Below, one piece after another: positions 35,121-44,535 of a stretch of DNA of 64,000 nucleotides. The DNA is from an uncultured delta proteobacterium (GTDB taxonomy: Bacteria; Myxococcota; Myxococcia; Myxococcales; Myxococcaceae): assembly GCA_963771175.1 (NCBI GenBank), contig CAVYSY010000046.1, positions 1-64,000 on the forward strand, given 5' to 3'. Each line of letters opens with the position of its first letter. The first letter of the stretch is position 1. The position numbers and the translations under genes were made by a program. The notes below the pieces were generated by a model. It worked only from the letters and a program-made list of their open reading frames with translations, did not search any database and was not told the origin of the DNA.

Positions 35121-37532
35121 GTGAAGATTTCGGTGAAGTGGCTCGGAGAGTACGTGGCGTTGCCGTCGTCCGTGGACGAGCTGGCGCGTCGGTTGACGGC
35201 GGTGGGCCTGGAGATCGAGGGCATGGAGCGCCCCGGCGAAGGCCTGCGCGGCGTGGTGGTGGCCCAGATCAAGGAGTCCGTCCAGCACCCCAATGCGGAC
35301 AAGCTGTCCGTCACGAAGATCGACATGGGCGGCAAGGATCCGCTCCAGGTGGTGTGCGGCGCCAAGAACTTCAAGGTCGGCGACAAGGTGCCGCTGGCCA
35401 CCATCGGCACGAAGTTGCCCAATGGCGTGGAGATCAAGCAGGCCCCCCTGCGCGGCGTGGACAGCTTCGGCATGCTCTGCTCCGCCAAGGAGCTGGGCAT
35501 CTCGGAGGAGTCCTCCGGCCTGCTCATCCTCTCGCCGGACGCGAAGGTGGGCATGCCCATCGCCGAGGCGCTCGGGCTGGATGACACCGTGCTGGAGGTG
35601 AACGTCACCCCCAACCGGCCGGATGCCCTGTCGCACCTGGGCGTGGCTCGCGAGGTGGCGGTGGCCACCGGCGGCGCCCTGCGCCCGCCCCAGCCCAAGC
35701 CCTCGGAGTCCGGCGCTCCCGCCTCCGAGAAGGTGAAGGTTCGGATCGAGGACCCGGTGCGCTGCCCGCGCTACGCGGCCCGCGTCATCGAGAACGTGAA
35801 GATCGGTCCTTCCCCCCAGTGGCTGCAGGACCGGCTCAAGGCCTGCGGGGTGCGCCCGATCAGCAACGTGGTGGACGTCACCAATTTCGTCCTCCTCGAG
35901 TACGGCCAGCCCTTGCACGCCTTCGACCTGGAGAAGGTCGCCGGCCAGGAGATCATCGTCCGCACCGCGAAGCCGGGCGAGAAGATGACCACGCTCGACG
36001 GCAAGGAGCGGGCGCTGGAGCCCGAGGACCTGCTCATCTGCGACCGCGACCGGGCCCAGGCCCTGGCCGGCGTGATGGGCGGCTCGGACAGCGAGGTGAG
36101 CGCGAGCACCACGCGCGTGCTGCTCGAGTCCGCCAACTTCCAGCCCTCCAGCATCCGCCGCACCTCCAAGCGCCACGGCCTGCACACCGAGGCCTCGCAC
36201 CGCTTCGAGCGCGGCGTGGACATCGACGCCGTCATCCCCGCCGTCGACCGGGCCGCGGCCCTCATCGCCGAGCTGTCCGGCGGCACGGTGGCCCCGGGCC
36301 GGGTGGACGTGTACCCGCAGCCCCAGCCGCCGCGCCGGGTGACGCTGCGCTACGCCCGGGTGGAGAAGGTGCTGGGCGTGGTCATCCCCGAGGCCGACTG
36401 CCGGCGCATCCTCGGCACCCTCGGCTTCCAGGCGGTGGAAGAGGGAAGTGGGCAGACCACCTTCGAGGTGCCCCGCGCCCGCGTGGACGTGGAGCGCGAG
36501 GAGGACCTCATGGAGGAGCTCGCCCGCGTCCACGGCTACGACAACATCCCCGCCCGGCTGCCGCGCGGCATCGCCGAGCTGGCACCCGAGCCCGCCATCT
36601 CCGAGGCCGAGCGCCGCGCCCGTCAGGCCCTGGCCGGCGTGGGGCTGAGCGAGGTGGTGAACTACTCGTTCGTCGCGCCGCGCTCCCTGGAGGTCCTCGG
36701 TGGGAAGGAGAAGCCGGTGGCGCTCCTCAACCCGCTGAGCGTGGAGCAGTCGGTGATGCGCACCAGCCTGTTGCCGGGCCTGCTGGAGAACCTCTCCCGC
36801 AGCGTGCGGCACCAGGTGGAGTCGGTCGCCCTGTACGAGATGGGTCGCGCCTACTTCCAGGAGCCCGAGGGCGGTCAGGGCCAGCGCCCGGCCGCTCGCG
36901 AGGTGCACCGGATCGCCGGCCTCGTGTACGGCCAGCGCGGTGGGCGCACCTGGACGCAGAAGGACGCGCGCGCGGACTTCTATGACGCCAAGGGCGCCCT
37001 GGAGTCCGTGCTGCACGCACTCCACGTGGAGGGCGTCCGCTTCGTCTCCGCCGAGGCCCCGGCCTTCCACCCCCGCGCCTGCGCCCGGCTGGAGCTGGCC
37101 GACGGCACCGTGCTGGGCCATGTGGGAGAGCTGCACCCCCGGGTCACCAAGGCCCTGGAGCTGCCTCGGGACGTCTTCGCCTTCGAGGTGGACACGTCGC
37201 CCCTGTACTCGGCCGCCCGGCTGGTCCCCTCATACCAGGGCCTGCCCCGCTTCCCCGCCGTGCTGCGCGACCTGGCCGTGGTGGTGCCCCTGGAACTCCA
37301 GAACGACGAGGTGCGCCGCGTCATCCTCGAGGTCGGTGCTCCCCTGGTGGAGGACGCCCTCATCTTCGACGTCTACACCGGCAAGCCCATCCCCGAGGGG
37401 CGGAAGAATCTGGCCTACGCCATCCGCTACCGCTCGCCCGAGCGCACCCTCACCGACGCCGAGGTGAGCGCCGCCCACCAGCGCATCATCTCAGAGGTCA
37501 ACCAGCGCTTGGGCGGCGCCCTGCGGACCTGA
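35121..37532 (+). CDS. pheT: Phenylalanine--tRNA ligase beta subunit
   Basis: HPNADKL, VTPNRPDALSHLGVARE, GQPLHAFD, FERGVD, RFPAVLRDLA, C-terminal RTLTDAEV. Confidence 0.98.
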   Translation: MKISVKWLGEYVALPSSVDELARRLTAVGLEIEGMERPGEGLRGVVVAQIKESVQHPNADKLSVTKIDMGGKDPLQVVCGAKNFKVGDKVPLATIGTKLPNGVEIKQAPLRGVDSFGMLCSAKELGISEESSGLLILSPDAKVGMPIAEALGLDDTVLEVNVTPNRPDALSHLGVAREVAVATGGALRPPQPKPSESGAPASEKVKVRIEDPVRCPRYAARVIENVKIGPSPQWLQDRLKACGVRPISNVVDVTNFVLLEYGQPLHAFDLEKVAGQEIIVRTAKPGEKMTTLDGKERALEPEDLLICDRDRAQALAGVMGGSDSEVSASTTRVLLESANFQPSSIRRTSKRHGLHTEASHRFERGVDIDAVIPAVDRAAALIAELSGGTVAPGRVDVYPQPQPPRRVTLRYARVEKVLGVVIPEADCRRILGTLGFQAVEEGSGQTTFEVPRARVDVEREEDLMEELARVHGYDNIPARLPRGIAELAPEPAISEAERRARQALAGVGLSEVVNYSFVAPRSLEVLGGKEKPVALLNPLSVEQSVMRTSLLPGLLENLSRSVRHQVESVALYEMGRAYFQEPEGGQGQRPAAREVHRIAGLVYGQRGGRTWTQKDARADFYDAKGALESVLHALHVEGVRFVSAEAPAFHPRACARLELADGTVLGHVGELHPRVTKALELPRDVFAFEVDTSPLYSAARLVPSYQGLPRFPAVLRDLAVVVPLELQNDEVRRVILEVGAPLVEDALIFDVYTGKPIPEGRKNLAYAIRYRSPERTLTDAEVSAAHQRIISEVNQRLGGALRT

Positions 37533-37642
37533 GCCGCGGGGCCCGCGGGAAAACCTGAGTGAAACCGGTGGGTTGACAGCTGTCGGGGAAGGCTGTCACA
37601 GTCCGCCGGGTTCACCGCAGAGAGGGGCGCGAAGGTACTCGC

Positions 37643-38087
37643 ATGACCAAGGCGGATATCATCGAAGGCGTCTACGAGAAAGGTCGGCTTCTCCAAGAAG
37701 GAGTCGGCCGAGATCGTCGAGCTCGTCTTCGACACCTTCAAGGAGACGCTCGAACGCGGGGACAAGATCAAGATCTCGGGTTTCGGGAATTTCCAGGTGC
37801 GTCAGAAGAAGGCGCGCGTGGGCCGCAACCCCCAGACGGGGAGGGAGATCGAGATCTCGGCTCGCCGGGTGCTGACCTTCCGGCCGAGTGCGGTGCTGAA
37901 GGCCGCCCTCAACGGCGAGCAGATTCCGGAGAACCACGCCGCCCTGGATGCCGCGGAGGACGCCGCCGCCGACGCCGCCGAGGCCGCGGGGCTGGATCCC
38001 GAGGATCTCGACGAGGGGATGGAGGATCTCGAGGAGGTCGAGCCTCTCAAGGCCTCCGCGAGCGGAATGAAGGCCAAGGCCGAATGA
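37643..38087 (+). CDS. ihfA: Integration host factor alpha with acidic C-terminal tail (+1 frameshift at the A run ~37679)
   Basis: [13 protein letters not shown] / [39 protein letters not shown]; follows pheT. Confidence 0.92.
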
Positions 38088-38177
38088 GTTTTTGAAGGGC
38101 TGCCCGATCTCTTTCTTGACCCGAGAAACGGGCAGAGGCATAAGGCAGCCACCTCGCCGACGCCGGCGGGACACACA

Positions 38178-38255
<78 letters not shown>

Positions 38256-38327
38256 ATAGAAGACCCTGGAGTTTTGCCTCGCGGTGGGCTCCAGGGTCTT
38301 CGCCTTCTCCCTCGGGAGAGGTGCTGT

Positions 38328-38404
<77 letters not shown>

Positions 38405-38407
38405 ATA

Positions 38408-38448
38408 GAAGGGCCCGGAATCGCAAGGTTCCGGGCCCTTCGTCTTTT
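38408..38448 (+). terminator. Terminator after tRNA-Asp
   Basis: GAAGGGCCCGGAA..TTCCGGGCCCTTC followed by GTCTTTT. Confidence 0.8.
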
Positions 38449-38556
38449 CCGCCCCTCCACCCCCCTGGGGGGTACACCGAAAAGCCGGCGAGTGACGTAG
38501 ACTCCGCGTGCGCTGCCGTGGGGCCTCCGCTCCCCCGGCCGAGGAGACACGTGACG

Positions 38557-40028
38557 ATGTTTTCGAGATGGACCGTGGGGCGGCAGTTCCTGCTGGGCTT
38601 GTTCCTGATGTGTTCGTTGATCGGGGCATTCATCCTCCTGAACCGTATGGGCACCTATGGTTTGACGGGCGCCTCCAACCTCGTGCTGCGGAGCCAGAAG
38701 ACGCTCCTCCAGATCGAGCGGATCCTCTTCCCACATCAAGGATGCGGAGATGGGGCAGCGCGACTACCTCCTCACCGGCAACGAGGCCTCCCTCGCGCCC
38801 TACCGCCAGGCCCTGGACGGCGTGCCCAAGGAACTCGAAGCTCCTGCGCGAGTCCCTCTCCGACAACCCCGAGCAGCTACGGCGTCTGGAGGCGCTGAAG
38901 GCTCTCGTCGAGCAGCTGCTGGCCAGCCTGAGCGCCAACGTGGAGCTTCGCCGCGACCAGGGCTTCGAGGCCGCCCTGGCCCGCGTCAACACGGGTGAGG
39001 GCTCGCGGCAGACGGACAGCGTCTACGCGGCGATTGCGGACCTGCGCCAGCAGGAGGAGCAACGGCTCGCGGAGCGCGATGGGCAGGAGGAGAAGGAGAT
39101 GCGCTCCCTGGATCGGTTCTACGTCATCGATGGCGCCGCGCTCCTGTTCTTCTGTGGGCTGATCGCCCTGCTCATCGGCAGGAACCTGGAGCGGAGGCTC
39201 CAGACCGCCATCGCGCAGGTGCAGGGCTCGTCGGCCGAACTCCATACGGCGGCCTCGCAGCAGAGCACCGGCGCGCGGGAGCAGGCCTCGGCCACCACGG
39301 AGATCTCCACCACCGTCAAGGAGCTGCTGTCCACGTCGCGGCAGATCGCCGGCAGCGCGCAGCAGGTGGCGCGCGTGGCGGACGAGACGGCCGGCGCCGC
39401 CCGCACCGGCAACGAGACGGTGCAGCACGCCCAGGAGGCCATCGACGCGGTGCGCCGCCAGGTGGACGCCATCGTCAATCACATGCTGGAGCTGGGCAAG
39501 CGCTCCCAGGAGATCGGCGGCATCCTGGACATCATCAACGAGCTGGCCGAGCAGACGAACATCCTCGCCATCAACGCCACCATCGAGAGCGCCGGGGCGG
39601 GGGAGCACGGCAAGCGCTTCGCCGTGGTGGCCGAGGAGATCCGCAAGCTGGCGGACCGCGTGGGCAGCTCCACCAAGGACATCCGCGTGCTCATCGACGA
39701 GATCCGCGCCGCCTCCAACACCACCATCATGGCCACCGAGGACGGCTCCAAGGCGGTGCAGAGCAGCGCGAAGCAGTTCTCCGACGTGGCCGGCAGCTTC
39801 CGGCGCATCGCCGAGCTGGTGCGCGCCAACCTGGACGTGGCGCGGGAGATCGAGCTGAGCACCCAGCAGCAGACGACGGCGGTGGAGCAGGTCAACACCG
39901 CCATCCTCGAGGTGGCGCAGACGGCCCGTCAGGCCGAGTCCACCTCCTCGCAGACGCTGCAGACGGCCAACCAGCTCTCCCAGCTCTCCAAGCAGCTCAA
40001 CGCCATCCTCGACTCGAAGGCCGCCTGA
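38557..40028 (+). CDS. Methyl-accepting chemotaxis protein with CHASE3 sensor (frameshifts ~38730-38840)
   Basis: TM1, [18 protein letters not shown]3 motif, TM2, [37 protein letters not shown]. Confidence 0.9.
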
Positions 40029-40032
40029 GCCT

Positions 40033-40638
40033 GTCGACCAGGACGTCCAAGGCCTCTACGATGACCTTGGCCAGAAGTACGACACGTGGACCCTTCTGCC
40101 GGACCGCCTCTTTCTCGACGGGTGGCGACGCGAGCTGCTCTCGAACGCACGCGGTGACGTGCTCGAGGTGGCCGTTGGGACGGGGAAGAACCTCCAGTTC
40201 TACCCCGAGGGTTGCCGGGTGACGGGCGTGGACTTCTCGCGGTCGATGCTCGACGAGGCCTCGCGCCGCGCCCGCGCCTTGGGGCGTGTGTTCGAGCCGC
40301 GGGAGGGCGACGTCACCGCGTTGCCGTTCGCCGATGCGAGCTTCGATACGGTGGTCTGCACGCTCGGGGCCTGCACGTTTGATGATCCGCTCGCCGCGTT
40401 TCGCGAGATGCGCCGGGTGTGCCGCACCGATGGGTCGGTGCTGTTGCTGGAGCACGTGCTCCCACGGGACCGGCCCCTGGCGTGGCTCGCGAAGGCCATC
40501 ACCCCCTTCGCGCGCAGGGCGGTGGGCTGCAATCCCAACCGCGACACGCTGGCGCTCGTGCGCGAGGCGGGGCTGCACGTCGTCTCGGTGCGCGGGCGAG
40601 CGCGGGACATCGTGCTTTCGGTGGTCGCGCGCCCCTGA
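40033..40638 (+). CDS. Class I SAM-dependent methyltransferase; no start codon visible for the N-terminal part
   Basis: In-frame VDQDVQGLYDDLGQKYD..RRELLSNARGDVLEVAVGTG, VTGVDFSRSML, GDVTALPFADASFDTVV. Confidence 0.8.
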   Translation, partial: VDQDVQGLYDDLGQKYDTWTLLPDRLFLDGWRRELLSNARGDVLEVAVGTGKNLQFYPEGCRVTGVDFSRSMLDEASRRARALGRVFEPREGDVTALPFADASFDTVVCTLGACTFDDPLAAFREMRRVCRTDGSVLLLEHVLPRDRPLAWLAKAITPFARRAVGCNPNRDTLALVREAGLHVVSVRGRARDIVLSVVARP

Positions 40639-40681
40639 CGCGTACCCGGCCCCGCTCCTGGTGGGGCCGGTGGGGTGTCCC

Positions 40682-41281
40682 TCACACCGGCCCGCGTGCC
40701 CCTCGCCGTGACAGCCACTGGGCGAACTGCGCGTATACCGAGTGGGCCTGCCACCGGGCGAACTGCGCGTTGCGCTCGGCCGGTGACAGCGCGGAGAGGG
40801 GCTTCGAGGCTCCCTCCGGAATGAAGACGTTCCACGTCGTCGACCAGGCCTCGGCGCAGCGGGTGCCGTCCACCTCCAGGGCCAGGGTCCCCACGCCCTG
40901 CTTGTCGACGAAGGTGTGGGTCACCCCGTCCTCGTCCACGTAGACCAGGGCGCCGACGAAGCGGCAGGTCCGGGACGGCAGCCCGTTGGCGAGCCTCAAC
41001 AGGCCGGCCACCCCGATCGTCTCGAGCATGAATTTCGTCACCGGTCCTGGGAAGCCCGCAAGCCCGTCCACGCACAGGCCGCTGTCCTCCACCACCAGCG
41101 GCTCCTCGATCATCGAGAACGCCTGCCGGGCCTTGTCCAGTGCCACGGCCTCCAGCGTGCTCCCCTGGGGCTCGATGATCGGGAGCTCGATGCGCTGCAA
41201 CTCGGCGCCCACCGCCGCGAGGCACTCCGCGAGGACCTTCGCCTTCCCGCGGTTGGTGCTCACGAACTTGATGCTCTCCAC
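40682..41281 (-). CDS. Divergent Ham1/ITPase-family nucleoside-triphosphate pyrophosphatase (alternative ATG at 41320)
   Basis: FVSTNRGK, EPQG..VALDKARQA, VVEDSGLCVDGLAGFPGPVTK, VFIPEG; no FGYDP or SHR motif. Confidence 0.85.
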   Translation of the reverse strand: MESIKFVSTNRGKAKVLAECLAAVGAELQRIELPIIEPQGSTLEAVALDKARQAFSMIEEPLVVEDSGLCVDGLAGFPGPVTKFMLETIGVAGLLRLANGLPSRTCRFVGALVYVDEDGVTHTFVDKQGVGTLALEVDGTRCAEAWSTTWNVFIPEGASKPLSALSPAERNAQFARWQAHSVYAQFAQWLSRRGARGPV

Positions 41282-41324
41282 GGAACGCTCTCCTCGTGTC
41301 GCGTCGGGATTCAGAAGCATGTCA

Positions 41325-42437
41325 TCAGGCCGCTACCAGGGACACGCCATCGAGCGCGCGCAGGAGCTGCTCCTCGGTGACGAGATCCACGCCCTTGCAG
41401 CGCCGCAGCCGGTCCACCCAGGTGCTGGTCAGCTCCTGGATGACCGGGCGGTACTCGGGCGGGGTGGAGGCGACACAGGTGCGGTAGTCCGAGATGACGT
41501 GGGCGGCGGTGCCGTGGATGCCCACCTCGTGGATGGCCTTGCGGATGGGGCGGGCCAGCTTCTCCAGCAGGGCGTGCGAGTGCGTCGGCTCCCGGTACAC
41601 CTCCGCCACGGAGGCGCAGGCCGTGGACCGGCAGATCTCCCACAGGGCCGCCAGGTCCGCGCGCAGGTCCGGGTATTTCTCGAGCGCCAGCAGCAACGGC
41701 CTCGTCACGGCCCCCATCAGCAGATCGTCATTCTCGCCCTCGGTCCAGCGGTTCTCGACGATGTTCACGATGTCGTCCACGTCCTGGAAGATGCGCCCGA
41801 AGGACTCCGCCACGCTGAGGGGGAGGGGGTCGCTCCCGTTGAGCAGCAGCGCCGTGTCCAGCCCGAAGGCGACTCCGGCCGTGTTCTCGCTGTAGCGGTT
41901 CTCCAGCCACTGATCGAACAGGTTCTCGGTGGGATAGATGTTGTTCCGCTCCCAGAGCTGGAGGGAGTACAGCTCGACGAAGAGGTTCGTCGTGGCATCG
42001 AGCAGGCGCGGGTCGATGCGCGCCGCCTCCCGGGTGGCGATCGCGACCAGGGTGCTCACGAAGGGAGCCGTGCTGGCCTCGCCGAAGTTGATGGGGAAGG
42101 TGGGCCGTCCCGAGCGCATGGGCGTGCGATCCACCGTGTCATCCACGATGGCGCAGGCCTCCATGCTGAGCATCATCACGGGCAGGAATTTCCGGTGCGA
42201 GGCATGGATGCCTCCCGAGGCCTCGCCCAGGACCAGGAACATGAGCGGCAGCAGCATGAACGACGGTTGCGGGTTGTCGCGCACCACCGTGTCGTAGAAG
42301 GGCCGCAGCTTCTCGGGCAGGGGGAGGGTGTCGAGCACCCGTCGGGCCTCCTCGACGAGTGGCGCGAAGACCTCTCGCCGGCGGGCGAAGACCCCTTGGA
42401 AGTACCGGGGATAGCGCAGGGGGACCAGTTCCTTCAT
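41325..42437 (-). CDS. Divergent isoprenyl-diphosphate-synthase-fold (polyprenyl synthetase-like) protein
   Basis: First Asp-rich motif IVDDTVDRTPMRSGRPT, second FGRIFQDVDDIVN, then DDLLMGAVTRPLLLALE. Confidence 0.8.
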   Translation of the reverse strand: MKELVPLRYPRYFQGVFARRREVFAPLVEEARRVLDTLPLPEKLRPFYDTVVRDNPQPSFMLLPLMFLVLGEASGGIHASHRKFLPVMMLSMEACAIVDDTVDRTPMRSGRPTFPINFGEASTAPFVSTLVAIATREAARIDPRLLDATTNLFVELYSLQLWERNNIYPTENLFDQWLENRYSENTAGVAFGLDTALLLNGSDPLPLSVAESFGRIFQDVDDIVNIVENRWTEGENDDLLMGAVTRPLLLALEKYPDLRADLAALWEICRSTACASVAEVYREPTHSHALLEKLARPIRKAIHEVGIHGTAAHVISDYRTCVASTPPEYRPVIQELTSTWVDRLRRCKGVDLVTEEQLLRALDGVSLVAA

Positions 42438-42441
42438 GTCG

Positions 42442-43008
42442 TCACCCCGCCACCGTCCGCGCCGCCGGCTGGACACCGAGCGCGGGAAGGAGCTCCTGCA
42501 CCTGGGACACCACGGTGAACAGCGCCTCGGCCCGCGCGTACGCGAAGCCGTGTCGCACCACCGAGTCGGCGAGCGCGACGAGCGGCTGGAAGAAGCCCCG
42601 CGTGTCGAGCAGCACGATGGGCTTGTCGAACATGCGCATCTGCTTCCAACTGATGACCTCCAGGGTCTCCTCCAGCGTCCCGAAGCCGCCCGGCAGGACG
42701 ACGAAGGCATCGGCCAGCTCCGCCATCCGCCGCTTGCGCTCGTGCAGATCGGCGGTCCAGATGAGCTCGCTCAGCCCACGGTGCGCGACCTCGTACCGTT
42801 CCAGATCCCGGGGCATGACACCCACCACTCGACCCCCCCGGGCGAGCGCGGCATCCGCGATGGCGCCCATCAGTCCTGCTCGGGCACCTCCGTACACGAG
42901 CTGGATTCCCTGGTCTGCCAGGGCCGTGCCCAGGGCTGAGGCGGCGCTCATATGCTCTTCGTACACACCCGGTGAGGATCCACAGAAAACACAAACGGAT
43001 TTCGTCAT
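42442..43008 (-). CDS. LOG-family nucleotide 5'-monophosphate phosphoribohydrolase (TIGR00730-type)
   Basis: VCVFCGSSPG, LVYGGARAGLMG, LHERKRRM, PGGFGTLEE. Confidence 0.93.
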   Translation of the reverse strand: MTKSVCVFCGSSPGVYEEHMSAASALGTALADQGIQLVYGGARAGLMGAIADAALARGGRVVGVMPRDLERYEVAHRGLSELIWTADLHERKRRMAELADAFVVLPGGFGTLEETLEVISWKQMRMFDKPIVLLDTRGFFQPLVALADSVVRHGFAYARAEALFTVVSQVQELLPALGVQPAARTVAG

Positions 43009-43155
43009 GAGTGGGGGATGGGGGGCGAGGGGGGGGCTCGACTCTTTGACGCCCCATTGTCTACCCGAATGACTCCGATTCACAACGAGCGACCAGTCAG
43101 GCTGCTGACGCAGTGGGTCGGGTTGTCCATCCGAGGTCTATACTCCGCGCCCTGA

Positions 43156-44514
43156 ATGATGGCGGACAAACTCAAGGAACAGCTCCGGCGTACGTGGCGA
43201 CGTGACCTGTGGCTCACGCTCGCACCCGTGGTCCTCATCATCGGCGCCGCGTTCGCCGCCACGTTCTACTTCGTCAAGCCCGCGCCTCCCAAGACGCTCG
43301 TCCTCGCGATGGCTCCGGACGAGGGTGGATTCCGGTACTTCGCACGGCGGTACAAGGAGGTCCTCGCGCGGGACGGCATCTCGTTGGTGCTGCACCCGAC
43401 AAAGGGCTCGGTCACCAACGTCGAGCTCCTCGCCAACGACACCGCGGGGGTCGACGTCGCGTTCGTGCAGAGCGGCTCGGTGGGTGGAAAGAAAGCGGCG
43501 AACATCGTCTCGCTCGGCAGCCTCTCGTACGTGCCCCTGTGGGTCTTCTACCGGGGCGAGCCTATCGACGACGTGCTCGGGCTGCGGGGCAGGCGCATCG
43601 CCGTCGGGCCCACCGAGAGCGGGACGCGCGCGCTCGCCCTCACGCTCCTGGAGGCGACCGGCGCCGCCGCGGCCCCGACGGAGCTCCTGCCCCTCGAGCG
43701 CGACGAGGCCATCGCGCAGCTCAAGCAGGGCCACATCGACGCGGTGGTCCTCGTCTCTCCCGCCGAGTCGCCGGCCATCCAGAAGCTCGCCGCGACACCC
43801 GGAGTGCGGCTCCTCAGCTTCGCGCGCGCCGATGCCTTCGTCCGCCGGTTCCCCTACCTGTCGAAGCTCGTGCTGCCGCGGGGCGTGTTCAATCTCGAGG
43901 CGGACATCCCCGAGCGCGACGTGGTGCTGCTCGCGCCGACCGCGAACCTCGTGGCTCGGGACACGCTGCATCCAGCCCTCGCGTACCTGCTCATGCGCGC
44001 CGCGAGCGAGATCCACGGCGGCGCCGGGATGCTCGACCGCTCGGGCGAGTTCCCGGCACCGCTGGAGACCGACTTCCCCCTCAGCGGCGAGGCCCGTCGC
44101 TATTACCAGGCCGGCGTCCCGCTCCTGCAACGCTACCTGCCGTTCTGGGCCGCGAACCTCGTTGACCGGCTCTGGGTGATGCTCGTGCCGATCATCGCCG
44201 TGGTGGTGCCCCTCGGGCGGATCGTGCCGGCGCTGTACCTGTGGCGGTTGCGGTCCCGCATCTTCCGCTGGTACGCGCGCCTCAAGGAGCTCGAGCTCCA
44301 GCTCGAGGAGGACCTCGACAGGCTGATGCTCGAGGACATGCTCAAGCGGCTGGAGGAGATTGAGCGCGCGGTGAACCGGATCCCCATGCCCGTCTCGTAC
44401 GCGGAGAACCTCTACTTCTTCCGCGAGCACATCGACCTCGTCCGCCGGCGGATCATCCGGCGGCTCGCGGGTGGCCCCGAGAGCACCGACGCCGCGACGC
44501 GGGTGACCGTCTGA
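43156..44514 (+). CDS. TAXI-family solute-binding protein with N- and C-terminal membrane anchors
   Basis: TKGSVTNVELL, VDVAFVQSG, LRGRRIAVGPTESGT, LHPALAYLL, LQRYLPFWAANLVDR. Confidence 0.8.
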   Translation: MMADKLKEQLRRTWRRDLWLTLAPVVLIIGAAFAATFYFVKPAPPKTLVLAMAPDEGGFRYFARRYKEVLARDGISLVLHPTKGSVTNVELLANDTAGVDVAFVQSGSVGGKKAANIVSLGSLSYVPLWVFYRGEPIDDVLGLRGRRIAVGPTESGTRALALTLLEATGAAAAPTELLPLERDEAIAQLKQGHIDAVVLVSPAESPAIQKLAATPGVRLLSFARADAFVRRFPYLSKLVLPRGVFNLEADIPERDVVLLAPTANLVARDTLHPALAYLLMRAASEIHGGAGMLDRSGEFPAPLETDFPLSGEARRYYQAGVPLLQRYLPFWAANLVDRLWVMLVPIIAVVVPLGRIVPALYLWRLRSRIFRWYARLKELELQLEEDLDRLMLEDMLKRLEEIERAVNRIPMPVSYAENLYFFREHIDLVRRRIIRRLAGGPESTDAATRVTV

Positions 44515-44535
44515 AGGGCACCCGCTCGGGCCGTG

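Noticed and set aside
37670..37690. Programmed frameshift in ihfA
   Set aside because: A single extra A in a short run, in a sequence with many similar indels
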